A stretch of 64,000 nt of DNA from Patescibacteria group bacterium (GTDB lineage Bacteria; Patescibacteriota; SICC01). The stretch covers positions 66,219 to 130,218 of the forward strand of contig JBBDXB010000006.1 in NCBI GenBank assembly GCA_040902515.1, read 5' to 3'. Of the stretch, positions 36,461 through 47,414 are shown one piece after another; positions within the stretch are counted from its first letter, which is position 1, and each line of letters begins with the position of its first letter. The notes below the pieces were generated by a model. The model had not been told where the DNA came from and did no database searches. It saw only the letters and a list, made by a program, of their open reading frames with translations. The position numbers and the translations under genes were made by a program.

Positions 36461-38302
36461 ATGTGCGGCATCGCCGGATACGTAGGGGCCGAAACGGCGC
36501 GGCCGGTCCTGATCGGAGGACTGAAGCGGTTGGAATACCGAGGATATGATTCGGCGGGCATCGCCGAACTCGACGGCGCGGAACTGACCGTGACCAAGGC
36601 GGCCGGCCGGGTCGCGGAGCTTGAGGCAAAGCTGCCGGATTCGACGGCGACCGCCGGCATCGCCCACACCCGCTGGGCGACCCACGGCGTACCCAGCGAG
36701 ACGAACGCCCATCCGCATGTAGCCGGACGGATCGCCCTGGTGCATAACGGCATCATCGAGAACTACCGCTCCCTCCGGGAGATGCTCGGGGCGGGCGGCG
36801 TGCACTTCGCCAGCGAGACCGACACCGAAGTGCTGGCGCAGCTCATCGCGAAGCACGTCGCGAAAGCCGGGATGAAGAAAGAGACCCGGCCGCTCTGCGC
36901 GGGCGTACGCGCGGCGCTCCGCGAGGTGCGGGGAACGTTCGGCATCGTCGTGCTCTCCGCCGACTACCCCGACACGCTGGTAGCCGCCCGGCGCGGAAGT
37001 CCCCTGGTGATCGGCTACGGCGAGGGCGAGCACCTGGTCGCGTCGGATACCTCGGCCCTGCTCGGGCGGACCCGGCGGGTCGTCTACCTGGAGGATGACG
37101 AGATCGCGGAAGTCACCGCCGATGCCGTGAAGCTGGAGACGCTCGAGGCCCGGCCGGTCAGCCGCTCCGTCACCCGGATCAGCGGCAAGGTCGACGACGT
37201 ACAGAAGCAGGGGTTCGCGCACTTCATGCTTAAGGAGATCCACGAACAACCGGAAGCGTTGCATGACGTCTTCCGTGGACGGCTGCGGCCCGATACCGGC
37301 GGGGCCATGCTCGGCGGCATCAACCTGACCGACGACGAACTCCGTGAGATCGACCAGGTGGTCCTGATCGGCTGCGGGACGGCACTCTACGCCGGACAGG
37401 TAGGCGCCTGGTGGCTGGAGCGATTGGCCCGCGTCCCGACGGCCGCGGTGGTCGCCAGCGAATGGCGGTACCGCAACCCGATCATCGGGCCGCGGACACT
37501 CTGTGTCGCGTTGTCACAATCCGGCGAGACCGCGGACACCCTGGCCGCGATCCGTGAAGCCAAGGCGAAGGGCGCTCGGACGATCGGCCTGATTAACGTG
37601 GTCGGCTCGACGATCGCCCGCGAGGTCGCGGACGGCGGGACGTACCTGCACGCCGGGCCGGAGATCGGCGTAGCCTCGACCAAGGCGTTCACGAACATGC
37701 TCGGCGCGCTGCTCCTGCTGTCCGTGCAATTCGGCCGGATCCGGAATCTCTCGCGGGAAGAAGGCCTGGCGATCATCTCCGAAGCCGGACGGTTGCCGGA
37801 CCTGCTCGCCGGCCAGGTGAAGCAGCGAAGGGTCATCGCGGAGACCGCGAAACGGTACGGCGCGGCCAGGAACGCATTGTACCTGGGCCGCGGACCGGCG
37901 TACCCGATGGCGCTCGAGGGCGCGCTCAAGCTCAAGGAGATTTCATACGTACATGCCGAGGCGTATCCGGCCGGCGAGATGAAGCACGGACCGATCGCCT
38001 TGGTGGAACCGGACCTGCTTTCCGTCTTCCTGGCGCCCCGGAACGCCCTCTACGAGAAGACCAAGTCGAGCCTGGAGGAGGTCCGGGCCCGGGAGGGTGC
38101 GATCATCGCCATCACCACGGAAGGCAACCGTGAGCTGGACGGGCTGGCGGATGCGGTCATCGGAGTGCCGGAAACACACGAGGTGCTTGAGCCGTTCACC
38201 CTGGCGGTGCCGCTCCAGCTCCTCGCCTACGAGATGGCAGTTTCCCGCGGCAAGGACGTGGACATGCCCCGCAACCTCGCCAAGAGCGTCACCGTCGAGT
38301 AG
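36461..38302 (+). CDS. glmS: Glutamine--fructose-6-phosphate aminotransferase
   Basis: MCGI start, HTRWATHG, SQSGETADT, PRNLAKSVTVE. Confidence 0.98.
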   Translation: MCGIAGYVGAETARPVLIGGLKRLEYRGYDSAGIAELDGAELTVTKAAGRVAELEAKLPDSTATAGIAHTRWATHGVPSETNAHPHVAGRIALVHNGIIENYRSLREMLGAGGVHFASETDTEVLAQLIAKHVAKAGMKKETRPLCAGVRAALREVRGTFGIVVLSADYPDTLVAARRGSPLVIGYGEGEHLVASDTSALLGRTRRVVYLEDDEIAEVTADAVKLETLEARPVSRSVTRISGKVDDVQKQGFAHFMLKEIHEQPEALHDVFRGRLRPDTGGAMLGGINLTDDELREIDQVVLIGCGTALYAGQVGAWWLERLARVPTAAVVASEWRYRNPIIGPRTLCVALSQSGETADTLAAIREAKAKGARTIGLINVVGSTIAREVADGGTYLHAGPEIGVASTKAFTNMLGALLLLSVQFGRIRNLSREEGLAIISEAGRLPDLLAGQVKQRRVIAETAKRYGAARNALYLGRGPAYPMALEGALKLKEISYVHAEAYPAGEMKHGPIALVEPDLLSVFLAPRNALYEKTKSSLEEVRAREGAIIAITTEGNRELDGLADAVIGVPETHEVLEPFTLAVPLQLLAYEMAVSRGKDVDMPRNLAKSVTVE

Positions 38303-39086
38303 CCTGCCGGGCCAGCGTCGCCCACTCCTCGACGGTCAGCGTTTCCGCCCGCCGTGTCGGGTTGATGCCCGCGCGTTCCAGCAGCACCGCGGACTGCTCA
38401 TGGGACAGGTCGAGGTTCCGCGCCAGGCTATTGTGGACCTGCTTCCGCTTCTCGGCGAACCCTGCCCGCACGACGGCGAAGAACGCTTCCTCCGACACGC
38501 CGCCGAGCATTTCTTCCAGATTCCGGCCGATGTCCTCAATCCGCAGGATCGCGGAATCAACCTCCGGTGGCGGTGAGAACGCGCCGGCCTTGATCCGGCC
38601 GACGATCCGGGGGCGTCCGTACAGCTGGACCGACACCGCCAGTACGCTCATCTTCGGCGGCCGGGCACAGATGCGTTCGGCCACTTCAGCCTGGATCGTC
38701 AGGGTCATCGCCTCCGGCCGCGCCGGGGACTCCAGGAAGTGGCGCACGATCGCCGACGTGATGTAGTACGGCACGTTCGCGACCACCTGGTACGGCCGCG
38801 GGAGCTCGGAAAGGTCCGTTTCCAGGATGTCGCCCTGACGGATCTCCAGGTTCCCGCATTCCGCAGTGCGCTCCTTAAGCTTCGGGATCAATCGCCGATC
38901 GAGCTCGACCGCGACCACCCGCTCCGCCCGCTCGCAGAGGCCCGGGGTCAGGATGCCCGGCCCCGGACCGACCTCGACTACGGTCTCCGAACCGGTCAAG
39001 CTGGCCGCATCCAACACGCTTTGGACGGCGCTGGGATCCGCCAGCCAGTGTTGGCCGAGGGACTTCCTGGCATGGATCCGCTCCAT
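38289..39086 (-). CDS. rsmA: 16S rRNA dimethyladenosine transferase
   Basis: KSLGQH, EVGPG.G, ANVPY, F.PPP.VDS. Confidence 0.95.
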   Translation of the reverse strand: MERIHARKSLGQHWLADPSAVQSVLDAASLTGSETVVEVGPGPGILTPGLCERAERVVAVELDRRLIPKLKERTAECGNLEIRQGDILETDLSELPRPYQVVANVPYYITSAIVRHFLESPARPEAMTLTIQAEVAERICARPPKMSVLAVSVQLYGRPRIVGRIKAGAFSPPPEVDSAILRIEDIGRNLEEMLGGVSEEAFFAVVRAGFAEKRKQVHNSLARNLDLSHEQSAVLLERAGINPTRRAETLTVEEWATLARQATRR

Positions 39087-39088
39087 CG

Positions 39089-41320
39089 CTACTCCTTCTT
39101 CAGCATTCCGGCGAATGCGGATGAGAGCTTCTTCACCGCACCGTTGAATTCCACCGACAGGACTGAGTCGGTGACTTCCGTCACGGTCCCGCGCCCGAAC
39201 TTCGGGTGCGTGACGGTATCGCCGGCTTCCAGGTAGACCGGTTCCTGACTGAACTCCTCGGACGGATGCGGCTGGTCCTGCGCTGGTGACTTGTAACGCG
39301 GCGCACTCCGGCCTTGCATCGACCAGTCGCCGAATCCCTGGCCCGCTTGTCCGGCGGCGGTCCGGACCCCGCCGGTCACTTCGAGCAAACCCTCTGGAAT
39401 CTCCGACAGGAACCGTGACGGCAGGTTGGCCTGGATGTTCCCGTAGAGCACCCGCGACGATGCATGCAGCAGGTAGAGCCGCTGCATCGCCCGGGTCATC
39501 CCGACGTAGGCCAGTCGGCGCTCTTCTTCCATCTCGCTGACATCGAGCAAGCTCCGGGAGTGCGGGAAGATTCCCTCCTCCAACCCGACGATCATCACCA
39601 CCGGGAACTCCAGCCCCTTGGCGGCGTGCAGGGTCATCAGCGTGACGCTGTCCGCCCGGTCGTCGTACTGGTCCACGTCCGTGATCAGCGAGACGTCCTC
39701 CAGGAACACCGAAAGCGCTTCCTCGCCTTTGAGATGATCGTACCGCTTGGCGGCCGTGGAAAGTTCCTTGAGGTTCTCGAGGCGCGCCGCCGCTTCGACG
39801 GTGCCGTCGTCGATCCACTCGGCGTAGCCGGTCTCCTTGAGGATCGCGGCGATCAGCTCGTCCACCGTCCCGCCGTCGTCCACCAGTTTCCTGAGTTTCG
39901 CGTAGAGTTCCGCGAACCGCTGCACCGCCTTGCGGCTGCCCGGTGCCAGTTCGCCGAGCTCGTCGGCCCGTTCGACGACGCCTTTCAGGGAAAGCCCCTG
40001 CCGGTCCGCGGTCTCCAGCAGCACCGCCAACGCCTTGTCGCCGATGCCGCGGGTCGGCACGTTGATGATCCGCTTCCAGCACAGGCCGTCGTTGGGGTTA
40101 TGCAGCGCCTGGAGGTACGCCAGGATGTCCTTGATCTCCTTCCGTTCGTAGAACCGGACGCCGCCGACCACACGGTACGGCAGGTTCGCCGCGATCAGGC
40201 GTTCTTCCACGACCCGGCTTTGCGCGTTGGTCCGGTAGAGTACCGCGACGGTCCGGAGCGCGAATCCCTCGGATTGCAGCCGGCGGATTTCCTTCACGAT
40301 CTGGTCGGCCTCGTCCCGCTCGTTCCGGGCCTCGAAGACGCGGAGCTTCTCGCCGGGACCGGCTTCCGTCCAGAGCGCCTTCTCCTTCCGGCCGGTGTTC
40401 TTCTCGATCACCGCCTGGGCCGCGTCGAGGATGTTCTGGGTGGAGCGGTAGTTGCGTTCGAGCTTCACCACGACCGCGTCGGGATAGTCCTTCTCGAACT
40501 GCAGGATGTTCCGGATATCCGCGCCGCGCCAGGAATAGATGCCCTGGTCCGGATCGCCGACCACGCAGAGGTTCTGGTGCCCTTGGGCCAGCAGTTTCGT
40601 GAGCGTGTACTGGACATGGTTGGTGTCCTGGTACTCGTCCACCATCACGTAGCGCCAGCGCTGCTGGTACTTCTTCAGGACCTCCGGGCGGGTCGCGAAG
40701 AGCCGGACCGTCTCGACCAGCAGGTCATCGAAGTCGAGCGCGTCGTTCCGTTTGAGCAGCTTCTGGTACTCGCGGTAGATCGCCGCGATCGTCGCCTGCG
40801 GTTCCCCTTGGGCCCGTTCGCCGTACTTCGCGGGATCCATCAACTCGTTCTTGGCCGCGGAGATCTCGTGCCGGACGAACCCCGGGTTGTACTGTTTCTG
40901 TGAGATCTGCAGGTAATCCATCGCCGCCTTTACCGCGACCTGGGAATCGTGGGCGTCGTAGATCGTGAATCCGGGGGCCAGGCCGATCTGCTGGCCGTCC
41001 GCCCGGAGAATCCGGACGCAGATGGCGTGGAACGTGCCGATCGTCGGCAGGTCCGCGCGCTGCGGCCGGCCGGATGAGTCGTCCGTATTTCGCCGGAGCA
41101 GGTCGCGGACGCGTTCCTTCATCTCGCCGGCGGCCTTGTTGGTGAACGTCACGGCCAAGATCGCCAGGGGCGGCACACCGCGCTCCCGGATCAGGTGCGC
41201 CACCCGGTACGTCAGTGCCCGGGTCTTGCCGGAGCCGGCGCCGGCCAGGATCAGTACCGGGCCGTCCGTGGTCGCGGCGGCCTTGCGTTGGTCTTCGTTG
41301 AGTTCGTCGAGAAGGGTCAC
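39089..41320 (-). CDS. pcrA: UvrD/PcrA helicase
   Basis: AGAGSGKT, DEYQDTN, TLHAAKGLEF, EEERRLAYVGMTRA, C-terminal HPKFG. Confidence 0.96.
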   Translation of the reverse strand: MTLLDELNEDQRKAAATTDGPVLILAGAGSGKTRALTYRVAHLIRERGVPPLAILAVTFTNKAAGEMKERVRDLLRRNTDDSSGRPQRADLPTIGTFHAICVRILRADGQQIGLAPGFTIYDAHDSQVAVKAAMDYLQISQKQYNPGFVRHEISAAKNELMDPAKYGERAQGEPQATIAAIYREYQKLLKRNDALDFDDLLVETVRLFATRPEVLKKYQQRWRYVMVDEYQDTNHVQYTLTKLLAQGHQNLCVVGDPDQGIYSWRGADIRNILQFEKDYPDAVVVKLERNYRSTQNILDAAQAVIEKNTGRKEKALWTEAGPGEKLRVFEARNERDEADQIVKEIRRLQSEGFALRTVAVLYRTNAQSRVVEERLIAANLPYRVVGGVRFYERKEIKDILAYLQALHNPNDGLCWKRIINVPTRGIGDKALAVLLETADRQGLSLKGVVERADELGELAPGSRKAVQRFAELYAKLRKLVDDGGTVDELIAAILKETGYAEWIDDGTVEAAARLENLKELSTAAKRYDHLKGEEALSVFLEDVSLITDVDQYDDRADSVTLMTLHAAKGLEFPVVMIVGLEEGIFPHSRSLLDVSEMEEERRLAYVGMTRAMQRLYLLHASSRVLYGNIQANLPSRFLSEIPEGLLEVTGGVRTAAGQAGQGFGDWSMQGRSAPRYKSPAQDQPHPSEEFSQEPVYLEAGDTVTHPKFGRGTVTEVTDSVLSVEFNGAVKKLSSAFAGMLKKE

Positions 41321-41386
41321 CGGTCTATTTTAGCGGGTTATGAAAACGGGAGCGCGCTGCGCTCCCTCCCCCCTGGCCAGTGGTGC

Positions 41387-41848
41387 TTAATATCCGGGAA
41401 TGCCGTACAGTTCGATCGTCGCCTGGTCCGGTGTGCCGTTCCCTTGGAAGACGACGGTCCATCCGTCGCCGGCCTGCTTCAGGATCTGCGCGAAACCGGT
41501 CGGCTCGTTATTGCACTCGACCCCGGTACGGGCGAAACCGTCCTCTACCGACGTGATCGTGAATCCGGTCACGGCGTCGCAACCGACTGAGGCCAGGGCG
41601 TGGGTCCGGCCGGCTTCCCTGATTTGCTCAGTATCAGTAGGTGGTTCCGTATCCCCTCCCGACGCGGGCGAAGGGACAGACGTCGGGGTCGGTAGCGGTG
41701 AGACCGACGGCGTGGGCGACACCGTCGCGGCCGGCTCCGTGTCGCCCTGTACCAGGAGGAGCCCCGCCGCGACGATACCGCCACCGAGTATGGCAGCTCC
41801 GGCAAGCGAGGCGGTCAGTTTTCCTCTCGAGAGAATCATCAATCTCAT
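41387..41848 (-). CDS. Membrane-anchored hypothetical protein with Pro/Thr linker
   Basis: TM helix, SPTPS repeats, small Cys-containing domain. Confidence 0.65.
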   Translation of the reverse strand: MRLMILSRGKLTASLAGAAILGGGIVAAGLLLVQGDTEPAATVSPTPSVSPLPTPTSVPSPASGGDTEPPTDTEQIREAGRTHALASVGCDAVTGFTITSVEDGFARTGVECNNEPTGFAQILKQAGDGWTVVFQGNGTPDQATIELYGIPGY

Positions 41849-41863
41849 TTTCCACCAGGCTCA

Positions 41864-43099
41864 CTAGACAGGCAAGGGGAAGCGGGCCGTCAGCCCGCGG
41901 ACGGCCGCCGCGACTTCCTGCCGGACGGACTCACTGCCAGTATCCTTAAGCACCGTGGTGATCAGTCCGGCGATCTGCTTCATCTCGCCTTCCTGCATTC
42001 CCCGCGTGGTCACCGCCGGCGTCCCGATTCTGAGGCCGCTGGTCACGAACGGGGACTCGGGATCGCTCGGGATGGTGTTCTTGTTCAGCGTGATCATCGC
42101 CCGGTCGAGTGCGAGCGCCGCCTCCTTGCCGGTCAGCTCTTGCGGACGCAGGTCGACCAGGAGCAGATGGTTGTCCGTACCGCCGGAAACGAGTTTGCAC
42201 CCCTGCGCCGAGAGCTCGTCCGCGAGCGCCTTAGCGTTCGCAACGACTTGCCGGGCATAGGCTTTGAACTCCGGCCGAAGCGCTTCGCCGAACGCGACCG
42301 CCTTGCCGGCGATCATGTTCATCAGCGGGCCACCCTGCGTGCCGGGGAATACCGCCTTGTCGATCTTCTTTGCGATCTCCGCATCGTTGGTAAGGATCAT
42401 GCCGCCGCGCGCGCCCCTGAGCGTCTTGTGGGTCGTGGTCGTCACCACGTGCGCGTGTGGGAACGGGTTCGGATACGCACCGGCCGCCACCAGTCCGGCC
42501 ACGTGCGCGATGTCTGCCATCAGGATGGCTCCCACCGAATCGGCGATGTCCCGGAACCGCTGCCAGTCTAGGGTGCGCGAATAGGCGGAGAATCCGGCGA
42601 CGATCAGCTGCGGGCGGTGCTGCTTGGCAAGCTTTTCCACCGCATCGTAGTCGAGCATCTCGCTCTTCGGATCGACTCCATAGAGCGCCGATCGATAGAG
42701 TTGTCCCGACGCGTTGACCGCCTGCCCGTGCGAGAGGTGGCCGCCGTGGGAGATTTCCTGGCCCATGATCGTATCGCCCGGTTTGAGTAGTCCCAAGTAC
42801 ACCGCCATGTTCGCCTGGGCGCCGGAATGTGGCTGCACGTTCGCGAACGCGCAGCCGAACAGTTCCTTCGCCCGTTCGCGAGCCAGCTCCTCAACCTCAT
42901 CGACGATCTGATTCCCCTCGTAATAGCGTTTGCCGGGATAGCCCTCCGCGTATTTATTGGTCAGTACCGAACCGGTCGCTTCGCGGACGGCCGCGGAAGC
43001 GTAGTTCTCGGACGCGATCAGCTGCAGGCCTTCCTGCTGCCGCGCGGTTTCCCGCCGAATCGCGTCGAAAAGGTCCGGATCTTGCTGCTGGAGGTTCAT
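41864..43099 (-). CDS. glyA: Serine hydroxymethyltransferase
   Basis: [25 protein letters not shown]. Confidence 0.98.
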   Translation of the reverse strand: MNLQQQDPDLFDAIRRETARQQEGLQLIASENYASAAVREATGSVLTNKYAEGYPGKRYYEGNQIVDEVEELARERAKELFGCAFANVQPHSGAQANMAVYLGLLKPGDTIMGQEISHGGHLSHGQAVNASGQLYRSALYGVDPKSEMLDYDAVEKLAKQHRPQLIVAGFSAYSRTLDWQRFRDIADSVGAILMADIAHVAGLVAAGAYPNPFPHAHVVTTTTHKTLRGARGGMILTNDAEIAKKIDKAVFPGTQGGPLMNMIAGKAVAFGEALRPEFKAYARQVVANAKALADELSAQGCKLVSGGTDNHLLLVDLRPQELTGKEAALALDRAMITLNKNTIPSDPESPFVTSGLRIGTPAVTTRGMQEGEMKQIAGLITTVLKDTGSESVRQEVAAAVRGLTARFPLPV

Positions 43100-43128
43100 G
43101 ACCCCAGCTTACCGCACCCGGTGGACGG

Positions 43129-43518
43129 TTACTCTTCTACCACGAGTTCGTCATAACCGGTTCGGGAATCGGGTTTCCGTCGATACGTTCCCTGGACGAC
43201 ACCGATGACAATCTCGGCAGTCGTCCTGACAACACAACCTTTGCTCAGGTGACCACCGACTGTCTTCCCTTGATCATCCGATACCGACAAATGGAGATGT
43301 GAGCCGTTCCGGGATATCGTGCCGGTAAGCGAGACGATCTCATAATCCTGTTCCGCCTCAAGAAACCGTCCTGCGTCGGCCAGTCTGATACGGGCACGTC
43401 GTAAGCTGCCCACGCCGGACAGGATAACGCCTGCATCGATAGCATGTTGGTCGACTACCCGCTGGATCTCCTCCCGAAGATCCTGATCCGGTTCTATACG
43501 GAATGAATACGTCTGCAT
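43129..43518 (-). CDS. PPC (DUF296) domain protein
   Basis: GVGSL, EIVSLTG, HLHLSVSD, GGHL. Confidence 0.9.
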   Translation of the reverse strand: MQTYSFRIEPDQDLREEIQRVVDQHAIDAGVILSGVGSLRRARIRLADAGRFLEAEQDYEIVSLTGTISRNGSHLHLSVSDDQGKTVGGHLSKGCVVRTTAEIVIGVVQGTYRRKPDSRTGYDELVVEE

Positions 43519-43523
43519 GATTA

Positions 43524-44156
43524 CTACCCCACCGTCTCGATGATATCAGCCTCCGAAATCGCCGCTTCGCGGAGTACCCGCACGCCGTCCGTCACGTCGA
43601 CGACCGTCGAGACCGGACGGATCGGGAGCGAGCCGGCATCGATTACGAGGTGTGGCAACTCACCGCCCTCGACCTGCTCCAGGAATTCTTCCGGCGTGAA
43701 TGCCGGGGGTCGTCCAGAAAGGTTGGCACTGGTCGCCGTGTATGGTCGCTCCAGACGTTCGGCCAGCTGCGCCGCGAACGGGTAATCGGGATACCGCACA
43801 CCGACGGCCTGTCCTTCGCCCACGCATTGCGGCACGAGACCCGCACCGGTGGAAACGGGAAGCACTAACGTAAGCGGTCCCGGCATGAAACGGTCCCAGA
43901 GGCGAGCCGCAGCCGGATTGAACGTGGTGATAGCCTCGGCCTGGCGTCGTCCGTCCGTGATTACCGAAAGCGGCTTCCCGGATATGTCCTGTTTGAGCCG
44001 GAGTACCACCTCCACCGCTTCTTCCCGTGCCGCATCCGCGGCCAGGCCGTAGCTCGTGTCGGTCGGGAAGAGCACCACGCCTCCTTCGATCAGGAACTCG
44101 ACCGCCGTAGCCACGGTCTCCTCCACGTTGTGGGCACTCAGCTTGATGGTTTTCAT
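43524..44156 (-). CDS. tsaC: Threonylcarbamoyl-AMP synthase (YrdC/Sua5)
   Basis: PTDTSYGL, PGPLT, TSANLSG, STVVD. Confidence 0.92.
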   Translation of the reverse strand: MKTIKLSAHNVEETVATAVEFLIEGGVVLFPTDTSYGLAADAAREEAVEVVLRLKQDISGKPLSVITDGRRQAEAITTFNPAAARLWDRFMPGPLTLVLPVSTGAGLVPQCVGEGQAVGVRYPDYPFAAQLAERLERPYTATSANLSGRPPAFTPEEFLEQVEGGELPHLVIDAGSLPIRPVSTVVDVTDGVRVLREAAISEADIIETVG

Positions 44157-44193
44157 GTTTTTCTCGACACTCCCTGTTACCATGCATCGTAGC

Positions 44194-45393
44194 ATGACCT
44201 CACCGACCTACGCCGCCATCTTCGGCCGCAACCCGGCCCTCACCGTCGCGGAGCTGACCGCGCTCTCGGAAACGCACGGGTTCGCCATCCGGCCGCTCGG
44301 GAAATACGCGGTCGAGCTGGACGGGTTCGACCCGGCGCTCGCCGACCGGAGCGGCGCCGTCACCAAGCTGATCCGGCTTTCCGCGCGGCCCTACCCCGAT
44401 GCGACCGTGGCGCTCCAAGCCGAGGCCGCCGCGGTCTCGGCCGATGCCAAGTTCCCGTTCGGCGTGAGCTCGTACGCCGACGACCGCGCTACCCCGCTCG
44501 CCACCGCCCTCAAGCGGCACTTCAAGGAACGGGGCGTCCCGGCACGGTTCATCGGTCAACCCAAGGGACGCTCCGGGCGCTGGCCGGACGGGGAGCTCTC
44601 CGCCGTCCAGGTCCGCCACGGCGACCTGCTCACGCGGGGCGCCGATTTCTGTATCTTCGGAACGCCGGACGGCTACCGGAGCGGCCGGACCGTCTGGGTC
44701 TACGACTTCGAGGGCTTCGCCGTGCGGGACTACGACAAGCCGGCCGCCGACGCTCGCCGCGGCATGCTGCCGCCACAGCTTGCCCGCACCATGGTGAACC
44801 TCGCCACCTGCGGCGATCCGGACCTCGCCGTCTACGATCCGTTCTGCGGCAATGGGAATCTCCTGATCGAATCGGTCATGCTCGGCCATCGCACGCTCGG
44901 ATCGGACATCACGGAAGACGCCGTGGATGCGGCGAAGCGGAACCTCCGCTGGCTGGCGGAGCGGCACCCGGAACTGCCCAAGGCCGAGGTAACCCTTCAC
45001 GACGCTACCATGTCGCTGGACGCCGACGCCCCCGCGGTCCTCGCGACGGAAGGCTACCTCGGCGACCCGCTCGGCCAGCAGGCGACCGCCGCCGACATGG
45101 AGCATCAGGCGAAGTTCGTGGAGACGCTGATCGGCAAGTTCCTGCAACGCGCCGCCGACTTCCTGGAGCCGAAGCGGCGCCTGGTAATCACGTTTCCGGC
45201 CTGGCGGACCCCCGGTTCGCGGCAGCCTCACCGCCTCCTGGACGTTGAACTGATTTCCCGCCTTGGTTACACTGTAATTCGACCCGTTCCGGAGGGATTC
45301 TCCTTCCCGGAACTCACCAGCCGCGGATCGATTGACGTCGCCCGGCCGAAGCAGCGGGTCGTCCACGAATTATTCATTTTTCAAAAGCACTGA
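44194..45393 (+). CDS. Trm11/TrmG10-like SAM-dependent RNA methyltransferase
   Basis: GMLPPQLARTMVNLA, YDPFCGNG, GSDI. Confidence 0.8.
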   Translation: MTSPTYAAIFGRNPALTVAELTALSETHGFAIRPLGKYAVELDGFDPALADRSGAVTKLIRLSARPYPDATVALQAEAAAVSADAKFPFGVSSYADDRATPLATALKRHFKERGVPARFIGQPKGRSGRWPDGELSAVQVRHGDLLTRGADFCIFGTPDGYRSGRTVWVYDFEGFAVRDYDKPAADARRGMLPPQLARTMVNLATCGDPDLAVYDPFCGNGNLLIESVMLGHRTLGSDITEDAVDAAKRNLRWLAERHPELPKAEVTLHDATMSLDADAPAVLATEGYLGDPLGQQATAADMEHQAKFVETLIGKFLQRAADFLEPKRRLVITFPAWRTPGSRQPHRLLDVELISRLGYTVIRPVPEGFSFPELTSRGSIDVARPKQRVVHELFIFQKH

Positions 45394-45396
45394 ACC

Positions 45397-45672
45397 ATGG
45401 CACATACTAAAGCCGGCGGTACTACCAAACTGGGGCGCGATTCGAACGCCCAACGCCTCGGCGTGAAGGTCGGCGACGGCCAGCAGGTCCACGCCGGCGC
45501 GGTCCTCGTCCGTCAGCGCGGCCGCTGGATGGAACCCGGGGAGAACGTCGGTATCGGCAAGGACGATACCCTTTTCGCTACCGCGACCGGTGCCGTGCAG
45601 TACGGCAAACGGCAGAAGACCCGCTTCAGCGGCTCCCGGATCCGGAAGACGGTCGTTTCGGTCCAGGCCTAG
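45397..45672 (+). CDS. rpmA: 50S ribosomal protein L27
   Basis: MAHTKAGG...[12 protein letters not shown]. Confidence 0.97.
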   Translation: MAHTKAGGTTKLGRDSNAQRLGVKVGDGQQVHAGAVLVRQRGRWMEPGENVGIGKDDTLFATATGAVQYGKRQKTRFSGSRIRKTVVSVQA

Positions 45673-45680
45673 GAAGACGC

Positions 45681-47345
45681 TCAGGCTTGCTGCGCCTGAA
45701 GAGCGGCCTTGTGTTGCGAGACCGCGGCCTTGATGAATCCCTGGAACAGCGGGTGCGCCCGGTCGGGCCGTGACTTGAACTCCGGGTGGAACTGGCTGCC
45801 GACCATGAACGGATGGTCCTCGACCTCCACGATCTCCACCAGCACGTCGTCCGGCGTGGTCCCGGCGATCCGGAGACCCGCTTGCGCCAGCTGGTCGCGG
45901 TACTCGTTGTTGAACTCATAGCGGTGACGGTGCCGTTCGACGATCTCGTCCATGCCGTACGCCTTCCGGGCCAGCGAACCTTCCGCCAACGTGCACGGGT
46001 AGTCCCCGAGCCGCATGGTACCGCCCTTCGTGTAGACCGACTTCTGGGATTCCATCAGGTCGATCACCGTGTGTGTCGCTTTCGGTGAGAATTCCGCGGA
46101 GTGGGCCGCGTCGTCTCCGAGCACGTGCCGCGCGAACTCGATGGTCAGGACCTGCATGCCAAGGCAGAGGCCGAGATACGGCACCCGGTTCTCCCGGCAC
46201 CAGTGGGCGGTCATGATCTTGCCCTCCACGCCGCGGTCGCCGAAGCCGCCCGGGACGACCACGCCGTCCACGCCGTCCAGGAGACGGGGGCCTTCCTTCT
46301 CGATGTCTTCCGAATTCACCCAGCGGATCTTCACGCTGCGGCCCGCCGGCGATTGCGCCAGTGCCGCGGCCTTCACGGCCTCGGACACGGAGATGTACGC
46401 GTCGTTCAGTTCCACGTACTTGCCGACGATCGCGACCTCGATCCCGTCCTCGCGTTTCAGTGCCTCGGCCCGGTCCACCATCTTCGCCCAGCCTTTCAGG
46501 TCCGACGTAGTGCCGCCGAGCCCGAGCACCCGGTCGATGTACGCCCCGAGTCCCCGCTGCTCGAACCGGACCGGCACGTCATAGATGTTCCTGGTCGTGG
46601 CCATCGGGATCACTGCCTCGCGGTCCACGTCACAGGTGGCCGCCAGCTTGTCCAGCGTCTCCTCAGGAATCGGATGGTCGGCACGGGCTACCAACACCTG
46701 CGTCGGCAGTCCGTAGCTCCGCAGCTCCCGCACGCTGTACTGCGCCGGACGCGTCTTGAGCTCCCTGGTCGTGCCGAGGTGCGGCAGCAGCGTCACGTGC
46801 ACGGAGAGGACGTTATCCCGTCCCCTGCGGTTACGGAGCTGCCGGAACGCCTCCAGGAAGACCATGCCCTTGATGTCGCCGATCGTCGAACCGAGCTCGA
46901 CCAGCAGCACTTCCGCGCCGGTCTTCTCCGCGGCGGCGTTGATCCGGCGGATGATCTCATCGGTGACGTGCGGGACCTCCTCCACGGTCTTGCCGAGATA
47001 GTCGCCGCGGCGCTCCGCCTCGATCAGCGACTGGTAGACCTGTCCGGTGGTGAAGTTCGACTCACGGACCAGCTCCTCGTCGATGAAGCGCTCGTAGTGG
47101 CCCAGGTCCTGGTCGGTCTCCGCGCCGTCGGCGGTCACGAACACTTCCCCGTGTTCGTAGGGGTTCATGGTCCCTGGATCGACGTTGATGTACGGATCGA
47201 TCTTGAGGATGCTCACCTTCACGCCGCGGCCCTTGAGGAGCCGCCCCAGTGCCGCCGTGGTCACGCCCTTGCCGAGCGAGCTGACCACGCCGCCAGTGAC
47301 GAAGATGAACTTCGTCTGCATGCGGGCGTCGTGCTTCTTAGCCAT
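45681..47345 (-). CDS. pyrG: CTP synthase
   Basis: TGGVVSSLGKG, GLCLGMQ, RHRHRYE, QFHPE. Confidence 0.98.
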   Translation of the reverse strand: MAKKHDARMQTKFIFVTGGVVSSLGKGVTTAALGRLLKGRGVKVSILKIDPYINVDPGTMNPYEHGEVFVTADGAETDQDLGHYERFIDEELVRESNFTTGQVYQSLIEAERRGDYLGKTVEEVPHVTDEIIRRINAAAEKTGAEVLLVELGSTIGDIKGMVFLEAFRQLRNRRGRDNVLSVHVTLLPHLGTTRELKTRPAQYSVRELRSYGLPTQVLVARADHPIPEETLDKLAATCDVDREAVIPMATTRNIYDVPVRFEQRGLGAYIDRVLGLGGTTSDLKGWAKMVDRAEALKREDGIEVAIVGKYVELNDAYISVSEAVKAAALAQSPAGRSVKIRWVNSEDIEKEGPRLLDGVDGVVVPGGFGDRGVEGKIMTAHWCRENRVPYLGLCLGMQVLTIEFARHVLGDDAAHSAEFSPKATHTVIDLMESQKSVYTKGGTMRLGDYPCTLAEGSLARKAYGMDEIVERHRHRYEFNNEYRDQLAQAGLRIAGTTPDDVLVEIVEVEDHPFMVGSQFHPEFKSRPDRAHPLFQGFIKAAVSQHKAALQAQQA

Positions 47346-47414
47346 GCCGGACCTCCTGCATCAAGAGAAACTCCTCCCCCGTACAAGAACGGTGGGAAGG
47401 GCGGATCATGGTCA